A DNA stretch of 60,349 bases, the filler included, from Hausera hauseri (taxonomy: Eukaryota), in assembly GCA_046269625.1 (NCBI GenBank). It is 12 parts of 12 records of this genome, joined end to end, with 100 filler letters (N's around TTAATTAATTAA, not from the genome) between each part and the next. Parts side by side here need not be neighbours in the genome. Positions count along the whole stretch, not along the records: positions 46,423 to 50,386 come from JBJURY010853411.1; positions 50,487 to 55,546 come from JBJURY010348268.1; positions 55,647 to 60,349 come from JBJURY010469134.1; 9 more parts are not named here. One strand, given 5' to 3'. Below are positions 46,423 through 59,955 of the stretch, in pieces. A program made the translations under genes and the position numbers. Numbering within the stretch: the stretch's first letter is position 1; each line of letters starts with the position of its first letter. The notes under the pieces were generated by a model. The model was not told the DNA's origin, searched no databases, and was given only the letters and a program-made list of their open reading frames with translations.

Positions 46423-49374
46423 ATACGCTTTAATCATTTTTATCACTAGATTCCAATTTCAAATCCTACATCATTTCTTCTTGTTTTCGCATACTCAAAA
46501 AGGGCTCTAGTTTTAAGCCCCCGTCAACAACTTATCACCATATTGTCACCCAAAACCAAAGACCTATCAGACAAAACGTGAGACCATTGTCACCTCGCAG
46601 ACGAAAAGCCGTGGAATTAGAGTTTAACGAACTCGAAAAATCTGAGGTTCACCATTACATGTAGTAGCAAAAATGTAACAATGTAACCGTCATAGATGCT
46701 TACCCATTGCCGCTCATAAAAGACATCCTGCACATTCTTAACAACACCAATACGTATTGAACAATAGATCTGCACAAAGCTTAACATCAAATTCCCTTTG
46801 CACCCGATGACATTCCAAAGACTGCTGTCATCACTCCATTTGGCCTTTAAGAATACATCTTTATGTCATTCGGTTTACGTAACGCAGCCCAAACCTTTCA
46901 ACGCCACATCGACACCGTTCTCTCAGTCCTTCGTTTTGCTCATCCTTACATCGATGACATATTAGTTGCCTCCAACTCCGTCAAACCACACCATGAACAT
47001 CTCCGAATTATTTTCCACAGACTACATCATAGCAACTTACAAGTTAACTTTTCCAAGTGCAACTTCTTTCAGAAACGTGTCAATTTCTTAGGCCACATCA
47101 TCACTCCTAACGGCTACTTTCCACAACCTGATCGACTACAGCAATTGAAAAATGTAATACTACCAACGACCACTACAGATTTGAGGAGTTTTCTTGGCAC
47201 ACTACTTTTCGTCCATAAATACGTACCGCATTGCTCCGAGCTTACAGCACCTTTCGCACACCTCTCATCTGGAAAGAAAAGACAGTTAATCCAATGGACT
47301 CCCGATTTAGTCACCAAGTTTGATCACTTACGTGAAGGCCTAAAAACCGTCGAAATACTGGCTTATCCAAAACCCGACGTGGAGCTAATACTTACCACCG
47401 ATGCCTTTACCACAGCTACTGGTGCAATACTACACCAGATTTCCAACGGCGTAGATAAACCTTTGGAATTTTACTCTCAAAACTCACACAGCTAGAAAGC
47501 CGATATTCAACATTTGATCGTGAGCTACAAGCCATAGTTCTGGCAGTAAAACATTTCAAGCATCTTCTCCTCTCGCGTCCATTTATCATCCAAACAGATC
47601 ACAAGCCTCTGCTGCACAACATGTCACTAAAACAGCCATAACCGAGGCAGGAACGACAGATATCGTACCCATCTACATTTAGTTTTGTCATAAAGTATAT
47701 TTCAGGTACTGAGAATTTGGTCGCGGATTTCCTGTCGCGGTCGATCGGCTCAATTACGGTTGAAACAATATTTTCTACCGAAATTCTAAAGCTTAATCAG
47801 CCGTCTGCTGATATTCTTATGTGTTTTAAATCCTTCGAAATCATTGAAGGCATTGTATACGACACATCTAACACCGGTAATAAAAAATCATTCTCGCTCC
47901 TTCTTTGCAGAAACCAGCTTTCCTTCACACGCATTCACTTCATCATCCAGGCTCGAAAGCCACGTTTCGTTTGCTCCAAGGGCATGTAGTTTGGCCATTA
48001 ATGCGCACAGATGTGCAGCGTTGGGTCAAGGAATGCGTCGCCTGTCACAAATACAAAGTCAACAAACATCTTAAACTGCCGCTTTACCATTTCCCATGTA
48101 CATCACGTTTTCATACCGTCCATTGTGATCTCGCTGGACCCTTACCCTCTGATAACGAGTATCAACATATTCTCACTATGATGGATCGTGCTTCTCGATG
48201 GCCTGAAGCCATTCCTCTCCGTTCAACAAACACTGATTCAGTAGCAGATGCCTTCATTAAAATATGAATCAGTCGTTTTGGATCCCCACGGCTCATCATA
48301 ACGGACCAAGGTCCGCAGTTCGAATCCGAATTCTTTAAATCGCTTGTTAAATGCTTGGGGATATCATATTTCCATGCAACACCGTACCATCCACAATCAA
48401 ATGACCTTCTTGAAAGGTTCCATCGAAAAATTAAAATTTCTTTAAAAATTTTGGCAGACAATCATCGCAATTGGACGTTTATCCTACAATTTGTTCTACT
48501 CGGATGGCGCAACACTCCTTCCACCACCATGGGTTGTGCTCCAGCCGAGGCACTTTTCGACCTCGACGACAATCCGACAGACAAAAACATTCGCGCGGCA
48601 TAGTCTCACTTTGTTGAGGTAAGCTCAGACTCGTTATGCAGCCTATTTAACAATAACAAATCGTACATTCCGAAGGATTTATACTCAATCAAGTTTGTGT
48701 GGCTGAAGGATCAATCACCTTCGGGTTTTCGACCTCAGCATGTTGGCCCATACAAACTGCTTCACCTCTCATCTCATACAGCTACCATCTTACGCCAAGA
48801 CAAACCCTACAACGTTTACATATAGAATCTTAAGCCCGCTTTCTTCGTTGACGACAAGCCGGATGCCGATTCTACTTCCAACCCTAATTCAACTCTCACT
48901 CCTTCCATTCCTTCCTCAAACTTTCTCCACGACTTCTCTCCGTTGCAGCAACCACTTTTTTCTCACACTAAATCATCCGCATCTTCCGCACCGCTTACAG
49001 TGCCTACATCGCTTCTTCCGTTTTCTCCGCCCACCTCTCTCCCCCTCTTTCACCATCTCCACCGCTTTCAGTTTCTTCGCCTCTCTTGCTTGATTTATTC
49101 TCTTCACCATGTTCAACGTCTTCATCACAAGAAACACAGCATATTGAATTAGAAAACCTTACAAAACTTTTACCAGAAAATATCGTTCAACAGCCAAGCA
49201 TAAATCAATCAAATAAGGCATGCAGAGTGACATTTAGTAATTATAGCGGGGAAAAATACGTAGACGGAATACAACGCCTCAAACACACCAAAACCCAATA
49301 GGCACTAAACATTTTTCTTTGCATTTCGCCTCCTTCTATTTTGCTTTACAGTTTCTTTTATGCCACGGGGGTGA
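46423..49374 (+). mobile_element. Decayed Ty3/gypsy pol (RT, RNase H, integrase)
   Basis: Motifs MSFGLRNAAQTFQR, YIDDILVAS, FLGH, LTTDA, TDHKPL, VADFLSR, HPG..CVAC, VHCDLAGP, TDQGPQFES and YHPQSN. Confidence 0.95.
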
Positions 49375-49560
49375 TGTAGTGCCACGGTCTAGGACATGGC
49401 CCTCAATTTTTGGAAATAGAGTCACCGTTTGGTGCAGCTAAGCCGGCACGGTTTTCGTTCTGCCTTTTACCTTTTGTCCTGTATTTGTTTGGCAGCCGAA
49501 CAGTCCATATCAGTGTCAAATAAGATCAATATTCTTATTTGGTGGTTTAGCAGGCTACCA
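49375..49560 (+). repeat. Probable short 3' LTR
   Basis: GCCACGGGGGTGA followed by TGTAGT; the same junction motif recurs at 53272-53290. Confidence 0.55.
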
Positions 49561-51599
49561 ACTATTCTATCTTCTAATTTTGACCGTTTTTTCATAATCA
49601 TCGTTAAAAAGCCTGTACTGAAGTTGGAAGTAATGAATGACAATACAAGCCCAACTAAAGCATATGGAGTACATAAAAATACCCACTGAATTCATTGGTT
49701 TTGCATAGCCTTGCAAAAAAAAACAAAACACGGAAGTTAACTTAAGTTCCGTAAAATTTCTGGGTTTTTTACGGAAAGAGATTGACATGTGTCATTATCA
49801 CGATTTCATTACCACAATATCTTAGTGCTCATCACCAATTATCGATCTGATGTAAAACATATCTCAACAACGTTACGTTAGAAAGAATTACTTTCCTATT
49901 CGAAATTTAATCTAAAATATTGTGGATATCATGAATCTCGTACAGTTCAGTTAAATTGTAGTAAAAATGCCGGATACATCAAATGCAAAATTTATCTTGA
50001 ATATTATCAAATAAGAATAAATTATCTAAGTCAGGAAGTCGATGTATATAATGACTAAATAAACACCTGTGAAGAAACAAGTAACAAAAGGCAATTATTT
50101 TTCATTGAATATATTTTTGTACAGTTTCCGTTAGAATTTAGTATTATTTTACCAATAGTTTAAAATTTGAAGTAACAGATTGATGTAAATTATTCAGTAT
50201 CACCAAACCCGAATTATTTAGATAAATTTGCACATTCAAAATAAAAAAGAATATTTTTGCAAATCTGGAATATGTCTTATTCTCAAAATTCTTTAAAACG
50301 GCGTACCACATCAAAAATAACGGAATCGTGAGGTGTTAGTGAATGATAGTCTGATTCACCCGACCTTTTTTATTTTGTTGGTTTAANNNNNNNNNNNNNN
50401 NNNNNNNNNNNNNNNNNNNNNNNNNNNNNNTTAATTAATTAANNNNNNNNNNNNNNNNNNNNNNNNNNNNNNNNNNNNNNNNNNNNAATTAAGAAAGTAC
50501 TCATAGTAAACATAGGATTATATATGTCCTTTATCAACCCATCGTGATTTAATAAATCTACCTGTACTCGCTTCAATCATGTATATCTATTTAAATACTA
50601 TATCGCCCCATAACAGTGGTTAATTTTAATTGTATTTGTACGGTAATGGCAGACCAACACCAGGAATGTATACTAAGTTAAAATTATAGACCATAAGGAG
50701 AAAAGAACGACGATAAATAGAATATCCTAGTAACACTAATGAAATCTTATGATGTTTTTAAATGCATAGATATAAAAAGGGGTTAAATTACGAGCATAAT
50801 ATATTGAAAATTTGGATTGTTCAGAATTGGAACACGGACCATCCTCAATAAGTCTACATCAATGGTGAGAGATAGGTCTGGTTAATGGAAAAGGATAGAT
50901 ATGGTTGATGGAAAAATGGTCCTTGATATTAATCACAATTGCAATGTAAAAATAAATAGGTTTTGTAAATACCTGTATACAAGAAGATTAATATATCAAA
51001 GAATCTTTATAACTAATTGTAACTCAGCCGATGTTATTGTTAAAATTAATTGAAGATATGAAGACTCACGTACCCTCAGATATTGAGACAGGTTTATCTA
51101 ATAGTGGGAACTCAATTGGATTATGAACAAGTGTTTGCAAGAAGGGTTTCTTAAGAAATTGATTTTATATGTTAGGTACCATCTAAGGTTGAATAACCCC
51201 TGTACCATCAACATCATGAAATTTTGCATTTCCTTATTTGTTAAGGAAATCATGTATAGGTACTGCAGTTTCACCTAATCGCTGCACCTCGGGTTGACTT
51301 ATGTACATTAATAAAACCTTAATTTATATACTATCTGAATTGTATTAATATTTAATTTACAGATGTTTTATGAACCTTGTATTATTCACCCAATGGAGAA
51401 TAGAATAAGAGACAGACTGTAATGCAAGGGCATTGATATGTTTACCACCTCTAACTTCTTATTTAGTTGAGTTATCATAACATGTTTGTGTCACCTCTCT
51501 AGCAGCAGTCACAAAATCTTCAACATTATCGAAATAGACAAGGTGAATCAGTAGCATTCATTCGAAGGATAATAGATTATAGTAAAATGAGTGGCAGAT

Positions 51600-51874
51600 G
51601 ATTCTATGAGAAGGGCCAAAGCAAGGAAAATATTGTTTTTAAGTCACCCAAACGAGCCTATACCTGTGAATTAGCTCAACTATATGCAAATACTGGATTA
51701 TATCGAGTCCCAACCGGACAAGTAAAATGCTTATTTTGTCAAGGAAAATTCCTCTCGGAAACCACAAAATATCAATCAAAAAGGGTTCATAAGAACTTGT
51801 ATCATAACTGCCCTTACCCGCTAAATCTTAATAGTAATAACATACATTTAACAGAGTTTTTCCAAACAACCTAA
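51600..51874 (+). pseudogene. Frameshifted BIR (baculoviral IAP repeat) domain
   Basis: MRRAKARKILFLSHPNEPIP / frameshift / ELAQLYANTGLYRVPTGQVKCLFCQGKFLSETTKYQSKRVHKNLYHNCPY gives the exact C-x2-C-x16-H-x6-C spacing at 51728-51811. Not in the ORF track. Confidence 0.75.
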
Positions 51875-51986
51875 TTTAGACGAGGATACTGAATACGATA
51901 GAACAATAAAAGTACAAATTAATTATCCAATATATGACAGTTGAGAAACATCTATGCCTAGCCGTGGATAGGAAGAAACTTTACCT

Positions 51987-53283
51987 TTGGAGAAAACAAA
52001 AATGTCAAACGTACATGATTTGATTAAGCAATATGCGGCTTGCCAAAGGTTTAAGGTATCTAAACATCTCAGGCCATCATTATTTCACTTCCCCTGTACG
52101 TCCCGCTTCGAATCTGTCCATGTAGACATCTTCGGCCCTTTGCCATCCAAAAACGGCCATCAGTACGTTCTAACACTGATGGACGACTCATCTCGCTGGC
52201 CCGAGGCCATTCTTTTTCGGCCAATTAACACGAACACTATCGCCGACGCTTTCATTAGGATTTTGGTTAGCATGTTCGGTTCGTCATGCTATATCATAAT
52301 AGATCAAGACCTCCAGTTCGAATCGAACTTATTCAAATCTTTAGATAATCGACTGGGCATAAGCCACAACCACACAACTCCTCAGCACCCACGTCGAACG
52401 GTTTGCTGGAGAAATTTCACGAGGCACTAAAACCTTCCATAAAAATTCTTTCTGAAACCCTTGAGAATTAAACCACCATCCTTCCTTTCGCACTACTCAG
52501 GTGGCGCAACACGCCGTCTACTACCACGGGTTGCACACCTGTAGAAGCACTTTTTGCACTACAATACGTGCGTTTTTTTGAACAAACTGACCTGGACAAT
52601 ACACCGACCGACAAAACAATAAGATCCGCGCTAAATCATTTCGTCCAGCCAAGCCAGGATTCCTTTGGTAAAATCATGCATGGTGACAAATAATACCTAC
52701 CTGAATCACTATTTAACGCCAAATTCGTATGGTTGAAAAATCCAACACCACCCGGATTTCAACAATACTACTTAGGAACTTTTAAAGTGTTAAATGTAAC
52801 ATAGCAAACTGTCACAATATTTAAGAACGAGAAAGAACAAAGTTCATATAACTAATGTAAAACCGGTATTCCTTGTCAATGACGCACCTGACTCCTCTAC
52901 TAAGTCCGCACAATCTTTCTTGATTCTTTCAATCTATCATCTAAAATCAATTCTTTTTACAGCCTGCCGGCATATCAATCTTTTATTTAAAAATCTACGT
53001 CAACCCAAACTGGTACATTAAACAACTCGCCGACCAGTTCCAAATATGCTGACATCTCAAATCACAATACAAAATCACCTCGAAAACTTCAGCAGACAGT
53101 TAAAAGACCAACCACAACGCAAGTCACTTACTTTCAGAAATACAGTAGGCAAAATATACTGAAGGAGTACAACGCTTCATACATACAAAAACAGAATAAG
53201 TCATAAACACTGTTCCTTTTTCGTGAATTTTTCCTTTTTAGTGGTTGTTTACTTATTACAATGTCATCTTTGCCACGGCGTGA
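51987..53283 (+). mobile_element. Gypsy integrase fragment and 3' end, same family as 47900-49374
   Basis: KVSKHLRPSLFHFPCTSRFESVHVDIFGPLP, RWPEA and WRNTPSTT; matching PPT/LTR junction. Confidence 0.88.
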
Positions 53284-54822
53284 TGTGGTTCCAAAGGTTC
53301 ATGCGCGACCTCGACTTTCTGCAGAACGGCTATATCATCGACCACCAGCAGGCCGACGCAGACTTCTAACGTGATTACCACCCTTTAGCATATATTCGTC
53401 GGTAACCAAGTGACCGCCAGCCAAACATGATTTCTACCTATATATAACATTCCAATAATTCGCAAGTACTCCAAAAGATAAAAAGTAATTCACACTATTG
53501 GGTAATGAGCGATTATAAATATGAATACTACTTTGCAACACTATTTCCAACAAGCACAACAAATTGTGCATAACCAGATTACCCGGTTCTATTTTTTTGA
53601 AATCCAGTCACACAAAATCAATAAACTAAGGACTATTTCTTTCAAATAACAAAAAATTCTAGAACAAAACTTGAAAAAAATTCTTGAAGATATTTCTAGG
53701 GCTCAATTTCGCACTTCTTACTACGAAAGCGATCAGTGAATATCACTTAAATCGTTAAGACCGTTTCTCACAGAAATATCAAACGCGATTCCAAAACCCT
53801 AAGTTTTACCACGCCGAAAATTTGATTATAATCGAAACCAGTTCCTATACGGGGTCCGTCCTAAATAGACTACGCCATTCAACTGCTGCCTAAATCTATA
53901 TGTTTACCTCGAAAAACGCACACAAATAATTCCATATATTGCTTTTGTTATACGTTTACAGATAATTCCGTTCGGACAGAAAATTCGCAATTATTTAATA
54001 GTTTATTCCCTGAAGTTCCAAACATTTCGATCGTTCGTCGGTGGTTAAATTATTGTAGATATTTACTTTTATTCAAACGGTTTATTACATTTTTTGATTA
54101 TCCTTAAAGATGTTACATTCTATTAAACATTTTGGTTTAAACTTCGGTCGGTACTATTTGTTGTCGTTTTACTACGTTTGATAAATAATTGCCGTCTAGA
54201 TTATACAAAGAACTGTGAAAGCTAATTGTTTTCTTTATTTCAGTATTCGTCAAATGAAGTATCTTGATTTCGATGTTTGTGACTTTTCATTTTTATTACC
54301 CACGATTTATTACCCACAACAAACAAAAAATCCCAATGCATCCAAAGCGATATTCCATTCGGTGTGTTGCAATATCTACTATTCTAAATTGGGTTGCGGC
54401 ACACCAAAAAGTCGGAGATTATTTTTGTCAAATATTTTCTTGCTAGTACTCTACAGATTGAAGATATTGTAACAACAACATAACAATGGTGTCAGAAATT
54501 GCCGGTAGCGCCAGATGACGGCCGGCCTATGAACCCCAAGCTATCTATTCACGGGCTTTCGAGCTGGGAAATTCAATTTTCCAGCGCGCTGCCGATTTTT
54601 CTGGTTCAGGATACGAAACAAGGTCGGTGAATTTGGTGTATGCAATTTGTTTTAAAATCATCTTTAAAATATTAGTAGTAGGATGTGAGGACTTCGAGCC
54701 ACTACCCCCCCCCCGGAAGGAAAGAAACCAATGGGAAGAGGACACGTCATCGGGGGAAGTGACCAATCAGGGAAGAAGTTGGCTCCAAGTGGGTTTCACT
54801 ATTCCCACCCCTAATTTGTTTT

Positions 54823-54996
54823 GAACAAAGGATTCTGGCGCCGATTTCCCGGAACAAAGGAAAGTGGCTCAGCTGTGGTTTCCCAGAACAAAGCATTCTG
54901 GCGCCGATTTCCCAGAACAAAGGATTCTGGCGCCGATTTCCCGGAACAAAGCATTCTGGCGCCGATTTCCCACCCCGGAACATACCCTGGAACAAA
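54823..54996. repeat. Tandem ~29-bp repeats GAACAAAG(G/C)ATTCTGGCGCCGATTTCCC
   Basis: Four near-exact copies plus partial copies. Confidence 0.85.
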
Positions 54997-55005
54997 GCAT
55001 AACAT

Positions 55006-55521
55006 TTACAAATCTTTATTTATCCAAATAGCAATTGATGAAATAAGGTGATTCAGTTTTGTCACCATGGAAGACAATTCATATGACAAATACGTTAAAT
55101 GTCGAATTCTCTTTTCCATTGGTGTTTCTTCTGGTATCCATTCAAATTGGACTCGTATCATGTCATTTGTTAAGTATTCTAATGGGTAAAATTTTGGAAA
55201 GCCAGTTGGAATGTTGTGTTCACTTTCAGGTTTTATATAACTAAGCGGACTGCTGTCTGTAGTTATTTGGTTTGAACATATACAATTGCCTATTTCATTA
55301 AGTAGTGACAATTCTACTTTTCCACGTAAAGGCCAATCTAAGTTGTGATCATTTTCTCCTTTGACCAAGGCAACAAATATCGATAAATGTGTGTTTCTTC
55401 CAATACCAAAACCATAAGGAAAGACTATAATGCAGAACTGATACCCGCAGATATCGAAAGTGTCACTGGTAAATACGTCCTTGTTTGAGAAATTAGGTAT
55501 TTCGTAAATGTAGGTATTCAT
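55006..55521 (-). CDS. Intronless TRAF-type MATH-domain protein
   Basis: YIYEIPNFS, GYQFCIIVFPYGFGIGRNTHLSIFVALVKGENDHNLDWPLRGKVELSLL and GFPKF. Confidence 0.88.
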   Translation of the reverse strand: MNTYIYEIPNFSNKDVFTSDTFDICGYQFCIIVFPYGFGIGRNTHLSIFVALVKGENDHNLDWPLRGKVELSLLNEIGNCICSNQITTDSSPLSYIKPESEHNIPTGFPKFYPLEYLTNDMIRVQFEWIPEETPMEKRIRHLTYLSYELSSMVTKLNHLISSIAIWINKDL

Positions 55522-56572
55522 AATGAATGAAAGCAGGATATATGTANNNNNNNNNNNNNNNNNNNNNNNNNNNNNNNNNNNNNNNNNNNNTTAATTAATT
55601 AANNNNNNNNNNNNNNNNNNNNNNNNNNNNNNNNNNNNNNNNNNNNTAATCCATGCAGTACACGTGCTTGTGTGTATCACTTTCATAACTGTCTCCTATG
55701 TACACCTTATTAATCGTGTGTATCATTTTTCTACCCCATGAGTCATCCGCGAACCACATCGATTTTCCTCCGCGGGGAGGGGGGAGTTGGTGCTGTGTGC
55801 TCACATCCCTCTACTGACATTTTCAAAATCACAAATCGTTTCGTTGTCGTGATTTATCATTTTTCTTGCAACAAAACTAAAATTTGCCGATATCAAACCG
55901 GATTGATTACCGGAACTGTTTATCCACAACGAAATTTCATCCATATCTTTAAAATATGTTCCATTTGGTCCGACATAATAATCTGAAATAAGCCTTGCAC
56001 TACTGTTTTCTTTTACAATAATTCTTTTGAAATCTGTGTCCAGAGCAATATCTAACTTTCTTAAGTTGTATGCCCATTTCCGACTTTCTATGGTAGGAAT
56101 AGGTTCGTGAATTCAGATTAATTTTTACACAAAATTTCAACTGTTTAAAAAATGATATATTAAACTATTGGAAATCTCTTCACTTCGCACTAAAGTCAAA
56201 AAAGACTAATTTTTCAAATCAGGAATTGGTAAAAACATTTTGATTACAGAACTTTGACAATTTAGGTCACTCAATTTGCATTTGGTAAATTAAATAAGTA
56301 TCATACCACCAAGTAATTTCATACCAACGTAATTTCTACGGCTGGAGCACAAAACAATTTTTAAAGAATGTTGTGTATAACTTTTTATCAATCTCAATTA
56401 CAAAACTGAATATTAAAAGAAAACAAAATTTTTTTAATCTGCATAATTGTCCAAATTTTGATAGGTCAATATGGGCATCACAATAAGGTTTCCTATGCCA
56501 CGTTTTCTTAAATTGGTAATATTTGATAAAATTATTTATAAGTACTCTTTCTGAATTAGCATTTTATTTTAG

Positions 56573-57287
56573 AAATACGGTATGCCAAATAAATACAGAT
56601 AATCCAGACAATCTTCCTTCGGAGAGAAAAGTTCATCAATGTTCTTTGACAAATAATCAATTTGCTTTCAATGTTATTCCCGGCAAAGGCTGGGATAATT
56701 TAGAAAATGTTGAATTAGGTCAAGTGTTCAAAGTTAGCTACGATAAATGCAAGTCGTCATTTGACGGAAAATTCCTGATTCCGGATGATACAATTATGAT
56801 TCCTCGGAGAGAATCGATAATACGTCTGGATTCGGATATTTTCAGTCATTATTCAAACTACACATCGTTGACGTCCAGGTCCATAAATGTGGAAGCAAAC
56901 TACGCGACACCACATTATCAGATCAGTGGTACGTTTTCGTGGGAAAATCAGGCAATTAAGAACAACCAGGTTCAGAGTTGTTATTAATGTTCTCCGTTTA
57001 TTTTAACTATTTAGATAAGAGCGAAATCTTCAACATCCAGAGTTGAAATTCGTTACAGTATGTACACAGTATCATTTCAGCCGGATGCGGAACTTTCATC
57101 TCAATTTAAAAACCGTCTTCTTGATATCGGTGCAGCTATCTACGCCGACAAAGACAGTTTGTATCCGGAATACTTAGCTGAAATGCTGGTCAGAGATTTT
57201 GGCACGCATGTCATCCGTATGGTAGAAGCAGGAGCAATTTTGAGTAAAACCGATGTTCTATCAGAGGATTATATGTTAAACCATAAG
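56573..57287 (+). CDS. mpeg1: MPEG1/perforin-2-like MACPF protein, two exons (56573-56969 and 57015-57287) with a 45-nt intron
   Basis: VIPGKGWDNLENVELGQV..Y..C....DGKFLIPD, SRSINVEA, ISGTFS, SRVEIRY..YTV, LAEMLVRDFGTHVI..VEAGA; GT-AG sites in phase. Confidence 0.88.
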
Positions 57288-57362
57288 GTAAGTAGCAAAC
57301 GGAAATTAACATTAATTACTAGGCCAATGATTTTAACCTAGCACTCATTTTTATGAAAATTA

Positions 57363-58117
57363 CAGTAAAATCTTGCGCATAATGCGCAAACGCGTATAAT
57401 GCGCACTCTGTTTGAATCTCTTGTTTCCAGCAAAATTAGAGTTCTTACGCATAACGCGCACTGAAAATTTAAAAAAATGTAATCGAAATATTTGAAGGCT
57501 GAAAACACCGACCTCGTTATCATTCCAGGAGGAATGACAAAATTTCTACAGCCATTAAGCGTCTGTATCAACTAGTCGCTGAAGGACTTTCTGCGACGTA
57601 AGTTGTCCTTCTTTGCTCCTATAAGGGCAACTAACTTTCACTGTTGCCGATAACATGAGAGCACCGACACTGGAAGACATTGTAGAGTGGATTTCCGATG
57701 CATGGAATGAGCTAGACCCGGTCATAATTCAAAAAGCCTTCCTCAAATGTTCCATTTCCAACGCTCTCAATGGAACTGAGAACGATTTATTGTAATTGGA
57801 GCCCACAGGAAAAGCGAATAAAAACAATGATTCCGACTTGGATGAAGAAGGGGACGAAAGGGACTATCCTATCAATCCAAATGAAATTGCCACTGACAAT
57901 GTGATTCGGGAATTACTTTACGGTGATAAGTGATATAGCAAGGTATGAGAAACACCTAATAAAAATTTTCTGCATCCTTTGGTCACTCACAGATGTATGG
58001 AATTTCGCTTGGGATACATTGTTATCGAACATGCAATGATTATTATTTGCGTTTTACCCACGCATAATGCACCCCCACAATTTTGATGTAAATTTTTAAT
58101 AAAAAGTGCGTGTACGG
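57363..58117 (+). mobile_element. Internally deleted pogo/Tigger-like transposon
   Basis: TA-CAGTA... and ...TACGG-TA ends; motifs IIPGGMTKFLQPL, EWISDAWNEL and AFLKCSISNALNGTEND. Confidence 0.8.
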
Positions 58118-59955
58118 TAATACACAAATATAAACGTTGTACATGTACGCATATGATACTTCATTTTGATCATTTTTCAATCATCCTAATATGTATAAGA
58201 ATTGTAAATTTGGATAACATTTTAGTTCCTTTTCCAAATGATATTCGACGAATATTTTAACGTCAGTCTATTGTAGATGTTATGGCGACCTAAAAGGTAA
58301 AAAATGAAAGCGGAACACGGTTCAACTGTGAATAATTATATTCATCTGCATCAGAACATGCCTCAGTTATCTTATTAAATAAATGTGTTACCACAAAGAA
58401 TGAAGTACTTTTTATTTAGTAATTAGACCTAAGGTCGAATATTATAATGATCGTCATGAATAACAGATGCAGACGTATTAGGAAAGTGTCTACAAATTCA
58501 ATCCTAATCACTTTCTTTTACTAATCGATTTTTCAGTGATGTGATCGACAGAAATTAGCTTAATAGATTCACACAGGGTATTGTTGCTTGAAGAATGGTC
58601 AAGTTTTGAGAGTGCCCTTTGATGTGGTTGGCCTTGTTCAATGATCTAAAGTGATGTAGGAGTCTTCTGTAATTAGACCAGAAACAATATAGGAATCAAG
58701 GGGAGTTCTACACAACTACTGATCGAGGTTGTTGTTCGATTTGTTCATCTGAGAATTTCCCTTCTCTTACTTTAATAAAAGCTGGTAGCAACTAACTCGG
58801 GCCATGTTATGACACCGGATCTTCGTGGGTTTCTAGATTTTATATCCCTCGGCTTTGATCATCGCTTTACGAAATGTTGAACGGTTTTCTTAGTTTATAT
58901 GATATCCTTCTGAGAAAGAAAGCTGGCTTTAGATCTCATCACTTTTGAATACCGTGACGCCCATCATGTCGTATATTTGGCCATCATTTGCAAATATCTC
59001 CACCAAATTGTCGTTACCTCTGGAATGATGATGCTTTGTGTTCAATGTTTCTCTAAATTATTCGGTATTCAACAATATTTCAATCACATTTGTGACACCA
59101 ACAGGCGTTTTATGCTATGTATTCGATGTTTTGGGAATGAAAATAAACATAAAAACCTTAGTTAAACAGTGATTGTTAATATACTAACAAGGAACGCGAG
59201 ATTTGATTAAAATTTCGCAATCTCACGTTATTTTTTTTACACTGATTTCGTATATTTGAACTTATTTTGTTCTTATCCACAAAATTATGTAGTGTGTCCC
59301 AAAACTATTGTAACACTTAACATCGTCGAATGTGACAATATTTTAGAAGCACACAGCATTGATAACACAAGTTTATTGTCAATTGCCAAGGAAATTCTGG
59401 ATAAGAGCAAAATTCGTTTAATGATGCTTCCAGGATGTTCTGTCAGTCTAAAATGTATTGGTTTAATTCACATTAGCATATTTCCTCGTGTATATATTTT
59501 GGCTATGCACATAATTGACCACAGGCTTAATTCGGTGGATATTTTTTATTTCGTCAGAACATAAAGGAAACACTATACGCTCGAGGAAAGTAATGAAAAT
59601 GTTTTTAAAGTTTAAAATTTCTAAACATAGTGGGAGAGATTTGAACAAGTGCAAAGTGCGGTTATATTTAAAGGCTCCAAATGCGTTATTTTGGCTTCGT
59701 TGGCATAAATTTTTTCACATTATTAACCAGCATTTTATTTTGAACTTCTCTGACTATTTCTTATAAAAATTTCAGATTCACAATAAAATTCTCCAAACGT
59801 TCTCTATTCAAACCAATTTCAGTTCAATTAAAACTCTTTCGGTGTCGGAAACTAGTTTTAAACATCTACTGAACATTTGTTGTTTGAGCGTCTAATTTTT
59901 GTCAAGACTTTTCAGAACCGTTTAAATGTTTTTTTAAATCCTCGTTGCTGTTCAG

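Noticed and set aside
54674-54690. AGTAGT as a Polinton terminus
   Set aside because: Similarity with the related copy near 55800 extends beyond the motif, and no TSD or partner TIR is visible.
54823-54996. CRISPR-like 29-bp repeats
   Set aside because: The repeats are mostly directly adjacent without unique spacers, and the context is eukaryotic.
5880-55646. Recurring TTAATTAATTAA motif flanked by N runs as a biological repeat, and ORFs running into X residues
   Set aside because: It is an artificial six-frame-stop contig linker, so adjacency across linkers carries no biological meaning.
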